Assembly: GCA_043228905.1 (NCBI GenBank)
Contig: JBHGNT010000004.1
Span: 24,428,001-24,492,000 of the forward strand
Length of the DNA: 64,000 nucleotides
Origin: Azolla caroliniana
Lineage: Eukaryota; Plantae; Polypodiophyta
Direction: 5' to 3'
Shown: piece after piece, positions 34,101-46,995 of the stretch
Position numbering within the stretch: position 1 is the stretch's first letter
Layout of the letters: each line of letters opens with the position of its first letter
Notes under the pieces: model-generated
The model's database searches: none
Told to the model about the DNA's origin: nothing
What the model saw: the letters and a program-made list of their open reading frames with translations, nothing else
Translations under genes and position numbers: made by a program

Positions 34101-34749
34101 GCAACGACCAATAATACGCTGACAAAGGCAAGCACCCAATAAAGGTGGAGAGTTTGTCAACATCATTCAACCTTCTTCACAACATAGGATTTTTGGTTTG
34201 AGCTTTCTCATGCATAGTTTTTGTAGCTCTAACGTGGCAAATTTCGACCATGTTAGATATGTATGATTTGGTTCACCAAGGATTTCGACCAATAGACCTT
34301 ACTATTGATGTTAGAGTTATGATCTAATGTAAGCATATGATAAGGATAAAAGATAGATAAATAAGAAAGGAGCGACAGAAAGAAGGGTGCTGATCCACCC
34401 GACCACCCCCAAGTGAAGGGATCGAGATGGACTCAAGCCTCGATCGGTGTCCCATACCACCGTTGTGGCGTCGAGTTGTACCTCGTGCTGGCGCACTCGT
34501 TACAAGAGTTGACCCACCACAATGTCAGAGTCTCGACGTAGTCGATAATGTGTCAAATGAGGGTAGCTAGGCCTCATATTTATAACCAGACCTAAGGCCC
34601 CCAAGCAAGTTCACACTTGGCCTAATGGGTTGTCTCAATCCCGAGGATTAAAAGTAATCCTCCCCTTCTTTACACTCTCGTTTAACCCTCACACTTTATT
34701 CACGTGTATATAATACTACGGTAAATTCTCACCATGGGATATTATATGG

Positions 34750-35813
34750 TCATGCCTGTAACATACTGCCCCTCTTTAAAAGATTGCACTCTTGCAATGG
34801 AAAGTTAGGGAAGTTAGTTCTAAGAGTATTTTGATGTTCCCATGTGGCATCTTTTATAGACTTATCCATCCATTTAATTTTAAATTCTCGGATTATTTTA
34901 GAACACAATTTTTTTGTTTTAACATCGAGAATTCTTTCAGGTACATGTGGTTTAGAAGATAATTCTTCAGAAGTAACCGGAGTTTTAGTTGTCACTGTAT
35001 TGTCGCCAGAACAAGGAAGTTCTTTTAGACAACTTACATGAAAATCTGGATGGATTTCAACGTCATCAGGAAGAGCAAGAAGATAGGCTGATGAACCAAT
35101 GCGTTTGAGGACTATAAAACGTCCACAAAACCGTGGGGCTAACTTAGCGCACTTACTCGCAGACAATGTCTTAGAATTGTGAGGTACACGTAAAAATACT
35201 TTCTGTCCAGGGTTGAATACACGAGGTTGCCTATTATGATCAGCATAAGAACACGCTCTATCTTGACTTGTTTTTATATTATCTCGTGCAATATGCAGCA
35301 TATCTTGCATATCCTGAAGAAAGTTTTGCGTACTTCGCAACTCATCATGATGTATATTAACATCAATCGGGGCTCGTGGCTGAAAACCATACATCAACAT
35401 AAAAGGACTATATCTCGTCGACGCATGCTTGGAGCTGTTATAAGCAAACTCCAAAATTGGGAGATAACGTTCCCATTTTGTTGGTTTTGTACCAACATAT
35501 GCACAGAGCATGTCCTCAATAATTTGATTTACTCGTTCTGTCTATCCATCAGATTGAGGATGATTCGTGGAGATCATGCTCAATGTAGTTTCTAACTTCT
35601 TAAAGACTCGCATCCAAAAGTCGCTAGTAAACTTTGGATCTCGATCACTCATGATGTCCATCGGTAACCCATAAAAACGAAATAACTCGTCAACGAATTG
35701 GTAAGTCAATTCAGGAGCTGTTACCATGGTTTTAGTAGCAATAAATCTGGCCATTTTAGATAGTCGATCAACCACAACCCAAATGGCATTGTGGCCTTTT
35801 TGGGTGTGAGGAA
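34750..35813 (-). pseudogene. Chromoviral integrase with C-terminal chromodomain
   Basis: SDRDPKFTS, HPQSDG, KLAPRFCG and the chromodomain PERILDVK..FKIKWMDKSIKDATWE. Confidence 0.88.
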
Positions 35814-36047
35814 GGCTATGTTGGGAATAAAGGGCCATCGTGCCTTTTATTAGTGCACGAGTGTGAACGCACTCGTAGCACACTTTTGAGTTGTATATAC
35901 ATAATATCTAAAAACCAAAAAAGAGGTACACTCTTTTGTACCCAAGACAACGCACATCTCTCTCTCTCCCTCTCTGTTTTTGACCTAAACCCTAATCCTC
36001 GTGCTGCCTTCAAACTGGTATTAGAGCCAAGGTTTCGGGTTTTATGC

Positions 36048-36165
36048 AGAGAAAAGTTTAGGGTTTTCTGCAGAGCAGAGTTTAAGGTTTTCTGTAGAGC
36101 AGAGATTAGGGTTTTCTGTAGAGTAGAGATTAGGGTTTCTGTAGAGCAGAGTTTAGGGTTTCTGC
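36048..36165 (+). repeat. ~24-bp tandem repeat x5 with telobox-like TAGGGTTT in the copia-2 leader
   Basis: Units approximately agagcagagWttagggttttctgY. Confidence 0.8.
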
Positions 36166-39100
36166 AGAGCAGGTCACGTTTTCTGCAGTGCAGGTTTGGT
36201 CCTCCGTTTGGGCTAGAATCATGACTAGTAGCACTGAAAGTAGCCACCTTATGCACATCAAGAAGCTTGAGGGTGCACATAACTTTGCAGTTTGGAAAAA
36301 GCAGTGCTACAACATCCTGCTGCAAAAGAAGCATGCAAAGCCTATAAAAGTCAAAGGGGTAAAGCCTATAGATATGGACGAAGATGATTGGCAAGAGTTG
36401 AATGAGCTTGCACGCTCGACTATTGAGTTGTCGATTTCTGATGCCGTGCTTTTTAATATCGAAGGTTTGGACTCCGCCTATTCTATATGGATTAGACTAG
36501 AGGAACTGTATGCCCAAAAGACGGCAGCTAGCAAAGTTTATTGGCTTAAGAAACTTATGGATTTGCGTATGACTGAGGGCACACCCATGTCAACTCACCT
36601 GAGTGAGTTCAATTCCATTTTCAGCCAGTTGATTGCCTTGAAATTCATCATTGATGATGAGTTTAAGGCCACGTTTTTACTTTGCACCTTGCCAGAAAGT
36701 TGGGATACTTTCAGGACTGCTATGAGCAATTCAAATGCGATGCTTCTTTATGCCGATGTAGAGAGTTCTCTACTCATGGAAGAGATGAGTCGGCAAAATA
36801 ATGCATCCAATAAGTCCTCTAGTGCGTTGCATATGAGGGGTAGGTCATAACAAAGAGGCAAATTTGATAGTTATGGCCGTAGTAAATCACGTGGTAAAGA
36901 TGTAGAATGCCATCATTGTGGCAAAAAGGGTCACTTTAAACGTGATTGTTTCAAATGGAAGAAAGAGAAAGGAAAGGGCAAGAAGATAGATGATTTCATA
37001 GAAGAAAAGAGAGACATTCAACCGAGGAAAGGCAATACTAAAAGTGAAGAGGTGAATGTAGTCACTCATGATAGTGATAGTGGAAATGATGTACTCTTTG
37101 TTTCATCATGCCATAGAGAACATGCTTTACTTGCAGATACGGATGGTGACATGCACACTTGGATACTCGATTCCGGTGGTTCTTTTCACGTCACCCCTCA
37201 TCGTGAGTGGTTTTCAGATTACATAGGGGGTCGACATGGTGTTGTCCATCTTGGGGACAACTATGCATGTGAAATTGCAGGTATTGGCATTGTGCAATTA
37301 CAGTTTCAGCATGGTTCTGCTTTCACACTTCAGCATGTACGACATGTACCTCAGCTCAAGAAGAGCTTGATTAGCATAGGACAACTAGATGATGATGGAT
37401 TTCACACAACCTTTGGTGATGGGAAATGGAAGATTTGTAAGGGATCTAGAGTTATTACCAAGGGTAGTAAAAGTGATACTTTGTATCCTCTCCATGTATC
37501 TAGTGTGAGTGACCATGTTGTTGCCATAACCGAGCAACCTAGTGTTTCTTTGTGGCATGGCCGGTTGGGACACATGAGTGAAACTGGTATGAAAGTACTT
37601 TCTCGTTTGGGTTACTTGCCGTGTCTTCGTTATGCTGATTTTGAACATTGTGATCATTGCATTTATGGTAAACATGTACAAACATCTCATAAAAAGTCTG
37701 TTTTGCTGAAGTCGTCCCCGCTTGAGTTAGTACATTTAGATGTATGTCAGATGCCAGGGCTATCATTAGGGGGAAAGAAATACTTAGTCACTTTTGTCGA
37801 TGATGCTACATGGAAGGTATGGGTTTACCCTATTCGTAGCAAGGATGAAGTGCTCGACAAATTTCGAACATTTTTGGCATTAGTTGAGAATCAAATTGAT
37901 AAGACACTTAAGTGTCTTCACTCTGACAATGGTGGGGAATATGTGTCCAAGGCTTTTCAAGCATTTTGTGACAGCAGAGGGATAAAGAGGGAACTCACTG
38001 CCCCTTATAATCCACCCCAAAATGGAGTTGCAAAGTGTATGAATAGGACTATTCAAGATAAGGTCCGTACTATGCTGTCTCATGCTGCATTACCCCATGG
38101 TTTTTGGGCAGAGGCTGTTATGATAGCTATTCACTTGATTAATCGGTCACCTAACAGGTCTTTGGGAAGGGGAATACCCCAAGAAGAGTGGTCGGGCAAG
38201 CCACCTTCATATGCTCACTTGAGAGTGTTTGGTTGTGAGGCTTTTGTGCACATTCGTAAAGAACAACGCAACAAACTTGAGCCAAAGTCCTGCAAATGTA
38301 TTTTCCTAGGATACGGTGACTAGGGTGAAATGGGGTATAGATTGTGGGATCTCGAGAAAAGAAAAATAGTACGCAGCAATGATGTTATCTTCCGGGAAAA
38401 TCGCACGCATAAACAACCCGAAAAGACTGAGGAAGTACGTAGGGTTGTATTCCGAGAAGAAATACCTTTTAGACAGGAAAATGTGCCCGCTGTACAACAG
38501 CAAACACCTGCTGTAAAATTACATGCAAATGCAGAAAATGAGGTTGGAAATGATCATCCAGTCTTTGCCAATAATGATGAGCCACCAAATGTGCAGGAAT
38601 AGCTAGAACAACAAGCTGTGAATGCTGATTTGCAGGCTGAAATGCCTGGACTGCAAATTGAAAATGATGATTTGCAGGCTCAACAGCTACCAAACAATGA
38701 GCATTGGGTTAGGAGATTGTCTAGAGTTACTAGACTGCCTGACAGATTTGTTCCTGATGCAAACAATGTGACTGATTATGTCATGGTAACTGATTGTGGC
38801 GAACCGACTTGCTTCAAGGAAGCAATGGACAGACAAGACAATAAGAAATGGTATAAAGCCATGTTGTCAGAGATGGAATCTCTTGAGAAAAATGATACTT
38901 GGGATTTGGTGCAATTGTCTAAAGGGCAGAAAACACTTCCATGCAAATTGGTTTATAAAATGAAGGTCATTTCTGATTCCTCGCCAAAGTACAAAGCAAG
39001 ATTGGTTGCAAAAGGATACAAGCAGGAATATGGAGTTGATTTTGATGAGATCTTCTCGCCTGTAGTCAAGATGACTACATTAAGAATCATTTTGGGCTTA

Positions 39101-39456
39101 GTTGCAGCTGAAGATATGGAGCTCATACAGATGGATGTGAAGACCGCCTTTTTACATGGCGATCTACATGAAGACATATATATGCAGCAACCTGAAGGTT
39201 TTGTCACTAAAGGCAAAGAGAAGATGGTTTGTAAGCTCAAAAGGAGTTTGTATGGGTTGAAACAAGCACCAAGAGAATGGTATCATAAATTTGATGCATT
39301 TATGCAGTTTCAAGGTTTTCGTAGAAGTCAAGTGGACCCATTGCTTGTACACCATGAAGGCAGGAGATGGCAGCCTGATTATCTTGGTTTTGTATGTTGA
39401 TGATATGTTGATTGTTGGCAAGGATGTTCATGCCTTGAATTCATTGAAGCAAAGCC

Positions 39457-40159
39457 TGTTAGGAAATAGGTCCCTCTGGATGGGAAGTGAGAAGAACAGT
39501 GTTGATGAGCAAACTCGGCCGAGGCCGAAACTGGATGTGGAGTACCCGACAACGGAAAACCCAGTGAGATCCGGATGTGGAGTACCCGACAATGGAGGAC
39601 CCGGTGAGAACCGGATGACGAGTACCCGGCAAGGAAGGCCTGGTGAGAACCGGATGACGAGTGGCCGGCAAGAGCCGGATGATGCAGGCCCGGTGAGGAG
39701 TGCTCACTGGATGAAGGGACATATTCGTAAATATGTTTCTGAGAGTCCATTGGGGCTATATTTGTAAGTAGCCAAAAAGTCATATTAGTATAAATATGAC
39801 TTAGGGCAAACTTAGTGTAGGAGAGTTGTCATTTTTGTTGGTGCAAGATTTGAGTGAGTAACTGTGTACAGAGAGAGAGAGAGAGGAAGAGGTCATTGAC
39901 TCTGTTGTAACCGCCGCCTGTGGCGAAGATAGCAAACCCGAGGTCGTTGCCTCGATGCTTTACTGTTGTACATTGTGATATAGTGATAGTTTGCAGTCTG
40001 TGGGCTGCCGTGGTTTTTTCCCTAGTTTGGGTTTTTCCACGTTAACATCCTGTGTACTCTTCTCTTCACTGTGTCGTGCGTTCATTACCCGTTTTCTGTG
40101 TTTGATCCTAGGCTCGGTTGTAGCCGAGCGTTGTTCATCGGGAGCGTGTATTCTTGTCA
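39457..40159 (+). mobile_element. Solo LTR related to the copia-1 LTR family
   Basis: TG..CA ends with TSD AAGCC at 39452-39456 and 40160-40164. Reverse-complement similarity to 1566-2380 (TATA, GA tract, CCGG repeats). Confidence 0.92.
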
Positions 40160-41265
40160 AAGCCTTCATGGCAGCTTTGATATGAAGGATCTTGGTGATG
40201 CAAATCACATCCTTGGCATGCGAATACTCCGAAACCGATCGAAAGGGGTACTCTTTCTATCTCAGCAGGAGTATATCTCTAAGGTTTTGTAGCGTTTCAA
40301 TATGGAGGGGGGGAAAACAATTGGGGTTCCATTGCCTCCATATTTGAAACTCTGTGCAGAAGACAACCCTACATCTGATGATGAGAAGGCTGAAATGGCT
40401 AAGGTTCCATATGCTTTTGCCATTGGCAGTTTGATATATGCGATGGTTGCTACACGCGCTGATATTGCCTTTGCAGTGGGAGTGGTTAGTAGGTATATGG
40501 CAAATCTCGGCAAAAAGCATTGGGAAGCGGTGAAAGGTATTATGAGATACCTCAAAGGCACAAAGGACTTGTGTATTTGCTTTGGAAAGCAAAAGGCATC
40601 TGTCGTTGGTTTTATGGATGCGGTGTTGCGTTGCTACGCGCGTGCGTGGAGAAATGAGGCGGGACCACCGGGGTCTTGAACCGAAGAGCAGGTGATAGGA
40701 GGGGAAAGAGAAAGAGAGAGACGACCGGTTACGTATGAGCAAAGAAACACAGGGGCACGGCCCGTCAACGCAGAAAACACGAATGGACACAGAGACAGAG
40801 AGACACGAATGTTTGTATATTAACAAATGACACAAAACAACAGAGCACGTGAGCGGTTACAACCGAATAGGCCGGCGAACAGATGCTGATGCTTGTTCGT
40901 CTGCGCACGAAAGGGGATAGGATGAAGGTGCTGCCGGAAGCACACGGGCGTTCCTCGAAGCAGCGCGAGCCTCCCGAAATCCTGCAGAGAAGAGCGATGG
41001 AGAATGAACAGAGGAGAAGCGTTCGGTTACAGTTCGACAACACTTCGTCCTCCTCAATGCGCAATCCCTTCTCCCCTGTGTCTCCCTCTCTTTTATAGCT
41101 TCAGGAAGGGAGCCGTCTCCCTCATTTACTTCCTACCTACCGAATCTAACTACCCCCGGATATGCCTATGTACCTAATTCCCTATTATATACATTAAAGG
41201 GCGTGCACGCGTGAAGAGCCGGTTCACGCGCGCTATACACCGATTGCGCTAAGGGACGGTTTTCT

Positions 41266-44200
41266 TCACGACATCCGCCCCCACCTAACCGTGCATCCAC
41301 CGGTATTGGCCAAAATTGTGCTCTGGTTGGAGAAAACCGGTCCGAGTTCCGGTTCTTCGTCCATCGGTTCGTCCTCCGTTTCGGACTGTTCGTCGTCGTT
41401 GTCCAGGCCTCTTAGATCCGGTTCGCCGTCGTGGCGCTTCTTGAACGCTTTGATCCGCTTCCCTGCTACCGGTATCGCCATCCTCGTACCGTCGAGTTCC
41501 GCCAGGTGATACGTCCCGTTGTCGTTGGCGCTCGTTACCACGTAAGGCCCGAACCACCGCTTTGCAAACTTCCGTGTTGCCCGGTGCTGGTTGTCGAGGC
41601 TGCTGTCGTAGACTAGCACCCAGTCTCCTTCCTCGATTTTCTTTGGTCGGAGCTGGTGGGTTCGGTCGAACCGGGCTTTGTTCCTCATCCTCGCCATCCG
41701 AAGTCTCTCCGCTGCTCGTTCCACGTCCTCTGGCCTCCGCTCGAGCTGCCGTATACGCATCGCTAGCAGTTCTTCCCGGCTCATCTCGTCTCTCCAGTCC
41801 ACTGTCGCCCAAGAGGAGATTGTCCGTTCCATCGGCATGATCGGCTTCTGTCCGAACATGAGCTCTGACGGCATGATCCCGGTTACCGAACTGTGTGTTG
41901 TCCTGTCCGCCCACAAGGCATAAGGTAACAGTCGTGGCCAGTTCCCGACTTGGCCTCCGCATGCCCGGACTAATGCTTTGACGATCGGTCCGTGTCCGCG
42001 CTCCACCTTCCCGTTCGCCTCCGGATTGTACGCTGTGGTGAGCGAGAGCTTGACCCCTAACCGGTCGAACAACTCCTCGGCCTCTTCGGCGTCCAACTCC
42101 CCGCGGTCAGCCACGATCTTCCCGACGCACCCGTACCGGCATATCACGTCCTCGATCAGGAACCGACACACAGCCGCGGTCGTTTTGTTCTGCAGGGCTC
42201 GGCCTTCCACCTGGTTCGTCAGGTCCTCCCGGGCCAGCACCAGATATCGCATCTGCCCTACGCCCATCGGCATCGTCACCAAATCTACCATCCATTTGAA
42301 GTTGATGACTGGAGGGTATGTAGGGTGAAGCTCGTCCCGATGTCGGACTATGGAGTGTATCTGACAGCTCTCACAAGTCGTCACGAACCGATGTACGTCC
42401 CGGTACGGTCTCGGCCACCGGTACTTCCCCTTTAGTTTCTCGAACGTGGGCCACGTTCCACGGTGTCCAGCCCAGGGGCTGTCGTGGTAGGCCTTCAGTA
42501 ACTCCTCCTGTTCCTCCATCGCCACTACTTGGAGCGGGATGCCGTTTCTCTTCTTCGGGTGCTTCCACAAGTATCCGTCTCGGAGAAAGAATCGGTACGC
42601 TTTCATCCGGATCCGGTTGGCCTCGTCCTTTGTCCATGACGCGTCCGACGTCATCGTCCTTAAGAATCCTCCAATCTGCAGCCACTCCCCATCGTACTTG
42701 CTCTCGTTAAAATCGTTAAGCGCCGGAGTGCTCCCCCCCTCGGTTGTTACGTAAGCCGCCTCGAAGAAGTCCACGCCGACTTCCTCGTCCTCCGAAACCA
42801 TGCCGCCCTCGTCGTCGAATTGCGCCCTCGAAAGCATGTCGGCCATGGCATTGTCTTTCCCGGAAATGTGTCGTATTTCCGGATCTAGGGACTTGATGTA
42901 CACTATCCACCTGAGCATTGCCAGGTCCGGGGTTGCGCATCCAGAAACCATGCCCAGAATCGGCAAGCAGTCCGTCTCGATAATCACCTCCGTCCTGATC
43001 AGATAGTCTTTATTGGCCTTCACCGCCGAAACGATACCCCAGAGTTCGCGTTTAACCTGGGCGTATCCTCGCTGTCGCTCGCTGAGGACCTTCGCACCGA
43101 ACCGGATTGGGAACCGAATGCCGTCCTCATCTTCTTGGTTGACAACCCATCCGATCCCGGTTGGACTCGTATCTACCGTTATGTAGATGGGAGTGCCTTT
43201 CTCGTAGACAGCCTTCCGGAGTGCCGGAGCTGCAGCAAGAGCCTCCTTCATCTTTCGGACCGACTCCGTATGCTCGTCTCGCCACTCGAATTTTCGCCCC
43301 TTTTTCAGCAACCCGTAAGGCGGCTCGGCAACATGGGCGTAATGCGGGATCCATATGTGGTAGAACGCGCATGCTCCCAAGAACCTCCGTACCTCCGTGA
43401 CCGAGTTACAGTCGGGCTTCATTGCGGAGATGGCTTCCACCTTAGCCGGAGACGGTTTCCGGCCATACAGTCCGCATAGATGTCCGACGACCATGATCTC
43501 TGATTGCCCGAAGGCCGATTTCTCCCGGGAGAAGGTGAGCCTCGCATCCTCTAGCCTCTGCAGCACCCTCTCGCAGTCGTCAATGTGTGTCGCCACGAAT
43601 TTCCGGCATTCGTCCGGTCCGATCGTTTCGTCCTTTTCCTCCACCGGACATCCCTTGATCGGGATGTCGTCCAAGAATGGCATGGTGATGTCCGGGATAC
43701 AATCCCTCAACACCTTGTTCATCGCATTCACCATGTGGGCCACCGAGTTCGTCCCTCCTTGTGGCAGGGTACACATCCGCACTAGGCCGAGTGGAGTCCG
43801 CATCGTCGTAATGTCTCTGCTCTCTACGGCTAGTTGGAACTGATCATACCCCGAGTACAGATCACCGACCAAGTAGATCGACCTTCCGGTGAAGGCCTCT
43901 GCGAACTCGTTTATCGTTGGTCCGATTCCTGCGTTCCGAATGGTCACTCTGTTGACTGGTTGCAGGTCTTGAATGAAGCGCAACGTCCCGTTCTTCTTCG
44001 GTACAGTAAACCACCGGTTCGAGTACGGGGTGCTCGACGGTTCGAGGATGCCCATATCGACTTTTTGCCTCAACAGCTCCATCAGCTCCGGGATGTGAGC
44101 TCTCGGTACCGGAATTGGTTTGAGATTCCACGGCACATGCGGTACCGTGAATATCACCATCGGCTTCACGACTGTCGGGTCTACGCACCCGATCTCTCCC

Positions 44201-44610
44201 GGTGAGAATGCGAAGGCTTTCCCGTGCCTTCCGAGTATTCTCCGAAACCGGTCTTCTTCCGCCGGCAGTAGGAACCCGCCCCCGCCGATTTTGAGCTCCC
44301 GTAGCATTCTGTCGATGAAGGTGTGTCCTATGCAGGCCGGATCTCGTAAACTGGGGTCCGACGCGACCCCCTTGATTCGCAACTCGCTGCCCTCTGGTAA
44401 GGGTGCCGCGACTGGCCTTACCTTTCGGTCCACAGTCTTGTACTTCGTGTTAACCCGGGCCGTCCGATCCGACTCGAGCCCTCGACTGATGTCCGCGATG
44501 ACTTCGTACATCTCTTCTGAACAAACCGGTATCGTCCGGTCCTCTTTAAGGCCCTCTCCGACCACCTCTTGCAGTACTCCCAAGGTATCGTCGAAGGAGA
44601 CCGCCTCCAC
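41266..44610 (-). CDS. pol: gypsy-2 Pol (RT, RNase H, integrase); N-terminal extension to ~44850 broken by one TGA
   Basis: 1114-aa ORF closely similar to gypsy-1 Pol (PFLDD, WMVDLVTMP, ADRGELD, WFGPY). Confidence 0.9.
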   Translation of the reverse strand: MEAVSFDDTLGVLQEVVGEGLKEDRTIPVCSEEMYEVIADISRGLESDRTARVNTKYKTVDRKVRPVAAPLPEGSELRIKGVASDPSLRDPACIGHTFIDRMLRELKIGGGGFLLPAEEDRFRRILGRHGKAFAFSPGEIGCVDPTVVKPMVIFTVPHVPWNLKPIPVPRAHIPELMELLRQKVDMGILEPSSTPYSNRWFTVPKKNGTLRFIQDLQPVNRVTIRNAGIGPTINEFAEAFTGRSIYLVGDLYSGYDQFQLAVESRDITTMRTPLGLVRMCTLPQGGTNSVAHMVNAMNKVLRDCIPDITMPFLDDIPIKGCPVEEKDETIGPDECRKFVATHIDDCERVLQRLEDARLTFSREKSAFGQSEIMVVGHLCGLYGRKPSPAKVEAISAMKPDCNSVTEVRRFLGACAFYHIWIPHYAHVAEPPYGLLKKGRKFEWRDEHTESVRKMKEALAAAPALRKAVYEKGTPIYITVDTSPTGIGWVVNQEDEDGIRFPIRFGAKVLSERQRGYAQVKRELWGIVSAVKANKDYLIRTEVIIETDCLPILGMVSGCATPDLAMLRWIVYIKSLDPEIRHISGKDNAMADMLSRAQFDDEGGMVSEDEEVGVDFFEAAYVTTEGGSTPALNDFNESKYDGEWLQIGGFLRTMTSDASWTKDEANRIRMKAYRFFLRDGYLWKHPKKRNGIPLQVVAMEEQEELLKAYHDSPWAGHRGTWPTFEKLKGKYRWPRPYRDVHRFVTTCESCQIHSIVRHRDELHPTYPPVINFKWMVDLVTMPMGVGQMRYLVLAREDLTNQVEGRALQNKTTAAVCRFLIEDVICRYGCVGKIVADRGELDAEEAEELFDRLGVKLSLTTAYNPEANGKVERGHGPIVKALVRACGGQVGNWPRLLPYALWADRTTHSSVTGIMPSELMFGQKPIMPMERTISSWATVDWRDEMSREELLAMRIRQLERRPEDVERAAERLRMARMRNKARFDRTHQLRPKKIEEGDWVLVYDSSLDNQHRATRKFAKRWFGPYVVTSANDNGTYHLAELDGTRMAIPVAGKRIKAFKKRHDGEPDLRGLDNDDEQSETEDEPMDEEPELGPVFSNQSTILANTGGCTVRWGRMS

Positions 44611-44784
44611 GGCTCCGTTGATTTCTTCGCTGGGCCCGAGAACTCCGCACGCCCGAAGTCACTCCTCCGCCCTTGTCTTTTCTCGGCCAACGACGCCGAC
44701 TATCGTACACTCTCCGTTGTCGGAGAAACAAAACTTCCTACTTATGGTACAAGGATTCTTCGGTTTCGCCTCTATCGTACATTT

Positions 44785-44850
44785 GTGGGGTTTTCCCAGA
44801 GCATCCGGACTGTCGTGGCCCCACGCCTTGACAACCCTCTCTAAAAATCC
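44785..44850 (-). other. -1 ribosomal frameshift signal: G_GAT_TTT, 6-nt spacer, H-type pseudoknot
   Basis: Stem1 GGGTTGTC/GACAGTCC and stem2 GTGGGG/CCCCAC. The pol frame is -1 relative to ORF1. Confidence 0.7.
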
Positions 44851-46995
44851 TCTCGGTTCTCGCCACCGAGGGACTCGCGGTTTCGCTCGTGGTTTGGTCG
44901 CACCGTTAGGAATTGGACCGAATGACGCCCGTCCTGACTCTTGACCCTCGCGTAAGCCGACCCGTTGTCTAGCACCTTGGTCTCCATCCGCGCTGCCGTA
45001 ATGTACGGTTCTCCCAGTATGACCGGGTGTGAGGACGTCTCCTGCACAAAGAAGTGCTGATCTATCTCGACGTCGCCGATCTTGACTCGCACGTTTGGGC
45101 AGGCCCCGTGTAGTTCCTCGGTGGCACGAGTCGCCGCCTGTATCTTCCACCCGTGCTTGGTGTTGATCGACCATTTCCCCTTCTTGTAGAAGTCCATGGA
45201 CATCAGGTTTATTTCCGAACCGTGGTCCACCAGCGCCACCACCGGTTCCTGAACATCTCCGATCTTCACCAGGGTTTCCGTGGTCGCTCGGGCCCAGTGT
45301 GGCCTCAAGTAGTGGCTCTCCGCCCACTCGTCTTCCATCGCCATTTCCTCCATGTGCGTCGCCCGCACCTCCACCGGCCTTTCCGGTTCTGTCTCCGTCG
45401 ACAGCCTCTTCCTCTTCACCAAGTCTACGATGGAGTCGTGGAACTCCTTCTTGGCGATTCCGAGCACCTCCCACAACGACAGTTCCACCTTGCTGTCGAG
45501 GATTCGTTCTTCGAGGACCTTTCGTAGGTCCGTGGTCCTTTCGATCTCCGTGCCCAACCGGTATCCGCCCTTCTTGTGGTTATCCCGGGCACTGGTCTCA
45601 CCGGCCTCGTTCTGTTTCGGCCTGAATCGGGTTTCGTATCTCTGTGAGGGTCCAGCCCCTCCGGTTTTACCTACCCATTTGTCTTCAACCAGAGCCTCGT
45701 AGTTCTGGCAAGCTGCTTCGACGAAACCCACCTTTTCTCCGACCGGGTCACTCCACCCAGTTACCTCCTGGACCCGCTTCTCCGCGCGGTCCGCCTCGTC
45801 TTTCTTTAGTCGGGCACCGGCGAGGCCTTCCAGCACCGTCGGCCAGAACCCGACTTTGCTCCCCTTCTGGGCCTCGCTGCCACCGGACCCGAATACCGGC
45901 TGACGCCGAGTAGTGGACGGTCTCCGCGTGCCGGGCCGCCGCCTCTTCCATCAACCTTTTCATTCCTCCTCGCCCGTCGTTTCGGTTCAGCGCCCTCCAG
46001 GTATCGCTGGCGTGCACCCGACCTTCCCACAGGTATACTACCCGGTTTCTCAAAGCCTCCGCAAAGTCCCCGCAGTCTTTCCGGATGTGGCCGACCTCGT
46101 CGCACCACATGCACCTATTTCCTGCCGGAGGCTGTCGGTCACGAGCCTGTTCGCCACCTTCCCTCCGAGCCTGGGCGATCTGGAGATCCTTTACCGCCCG
46201 TGTCAACTCCTCCAAAGTTGTCCCCCCGGACGAGCCTCTGACCACGCCGGTCGAAGCCGAACCGGTTTCGAGCCACTCCCGGGTCTCTTCCCGTCGTGCT
46301 TGCGGTATCGGTTCGAGCTTCCTTGCTGCGACAGGACCCGCCCCGGTCACCCCTGTATCAGCCCACTCCCACCTTTTGTCAAAACGACCACAGACTCTTT
46401 TTACCACGGCCCAGTCGGCCATCAGCCCGTCTTCGGTTTCCAGTAAGGAGCCCACTTGCTCCCGATCCCGTGCGTCAACCGATTTGACAAACAGTAGGAC
46501 ACGACTTGTGTCTAGAACGGTCCGATCGAGCGCCGAAAGGCGCGCAAAGCGTTCCTGAAACTCCCAGAGGAGTACCGACGCATTTCTTCCTTTGTTGGGG
46601 GACTCCACCCACTCCATGAAGCCCCAGTTCGAAAGTCGAAGCGCGTCATCCAGCCCGTATTTCTCTAGGAGCCGTCCTTCGAACTCCTCCCAGGTCCGGC
46701 TCTCCGCCCGGACCTCGAGCACCTCCGCATGGATGCCCGGCATCGCCACTCGAGGGAATCCGGCAAGACGCCTCTCTTCTGGAATATCCCTCATCAACAT
46801 CTCCGCCCGGTAGGACGCCAAATAACTCGTGGCATCCTTTCCACTGAACCGGCTGATCGTATCGACGATCGCCTCAATAGCCCTGTCAAGGGCACCGGTG
46901 CCCTCGCGCGCGCTCACTATCCGGTCCACGGCCGAAGCCATGGCCTCTGCAAGATCCGACCCCCTCATCTTCTGCTCCTCTGCCGCCTTGTTCAC
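44841..46995 (-). pseudogene. gag: gypsy-2 Gag-protease with a frameshift near 45850-45890
   Basis: ORFs 45748-46995 (CMWCDEVGHIRKDC) and 44841-45836 (ALVDHGSEIN) are together colinear with gypsy-1 ORF1. Confidence 0.88.

Noticed and set aside
24000-34300. Short ORFs and faint gypsy-like traces (about 26.2-26.9 kb and 32.4-33.8 kb)
   Set aside because: AT-rich decayed sequence with no convincing domains or boundaries, apart from the copia remnant near 30.3-31.1 kb.
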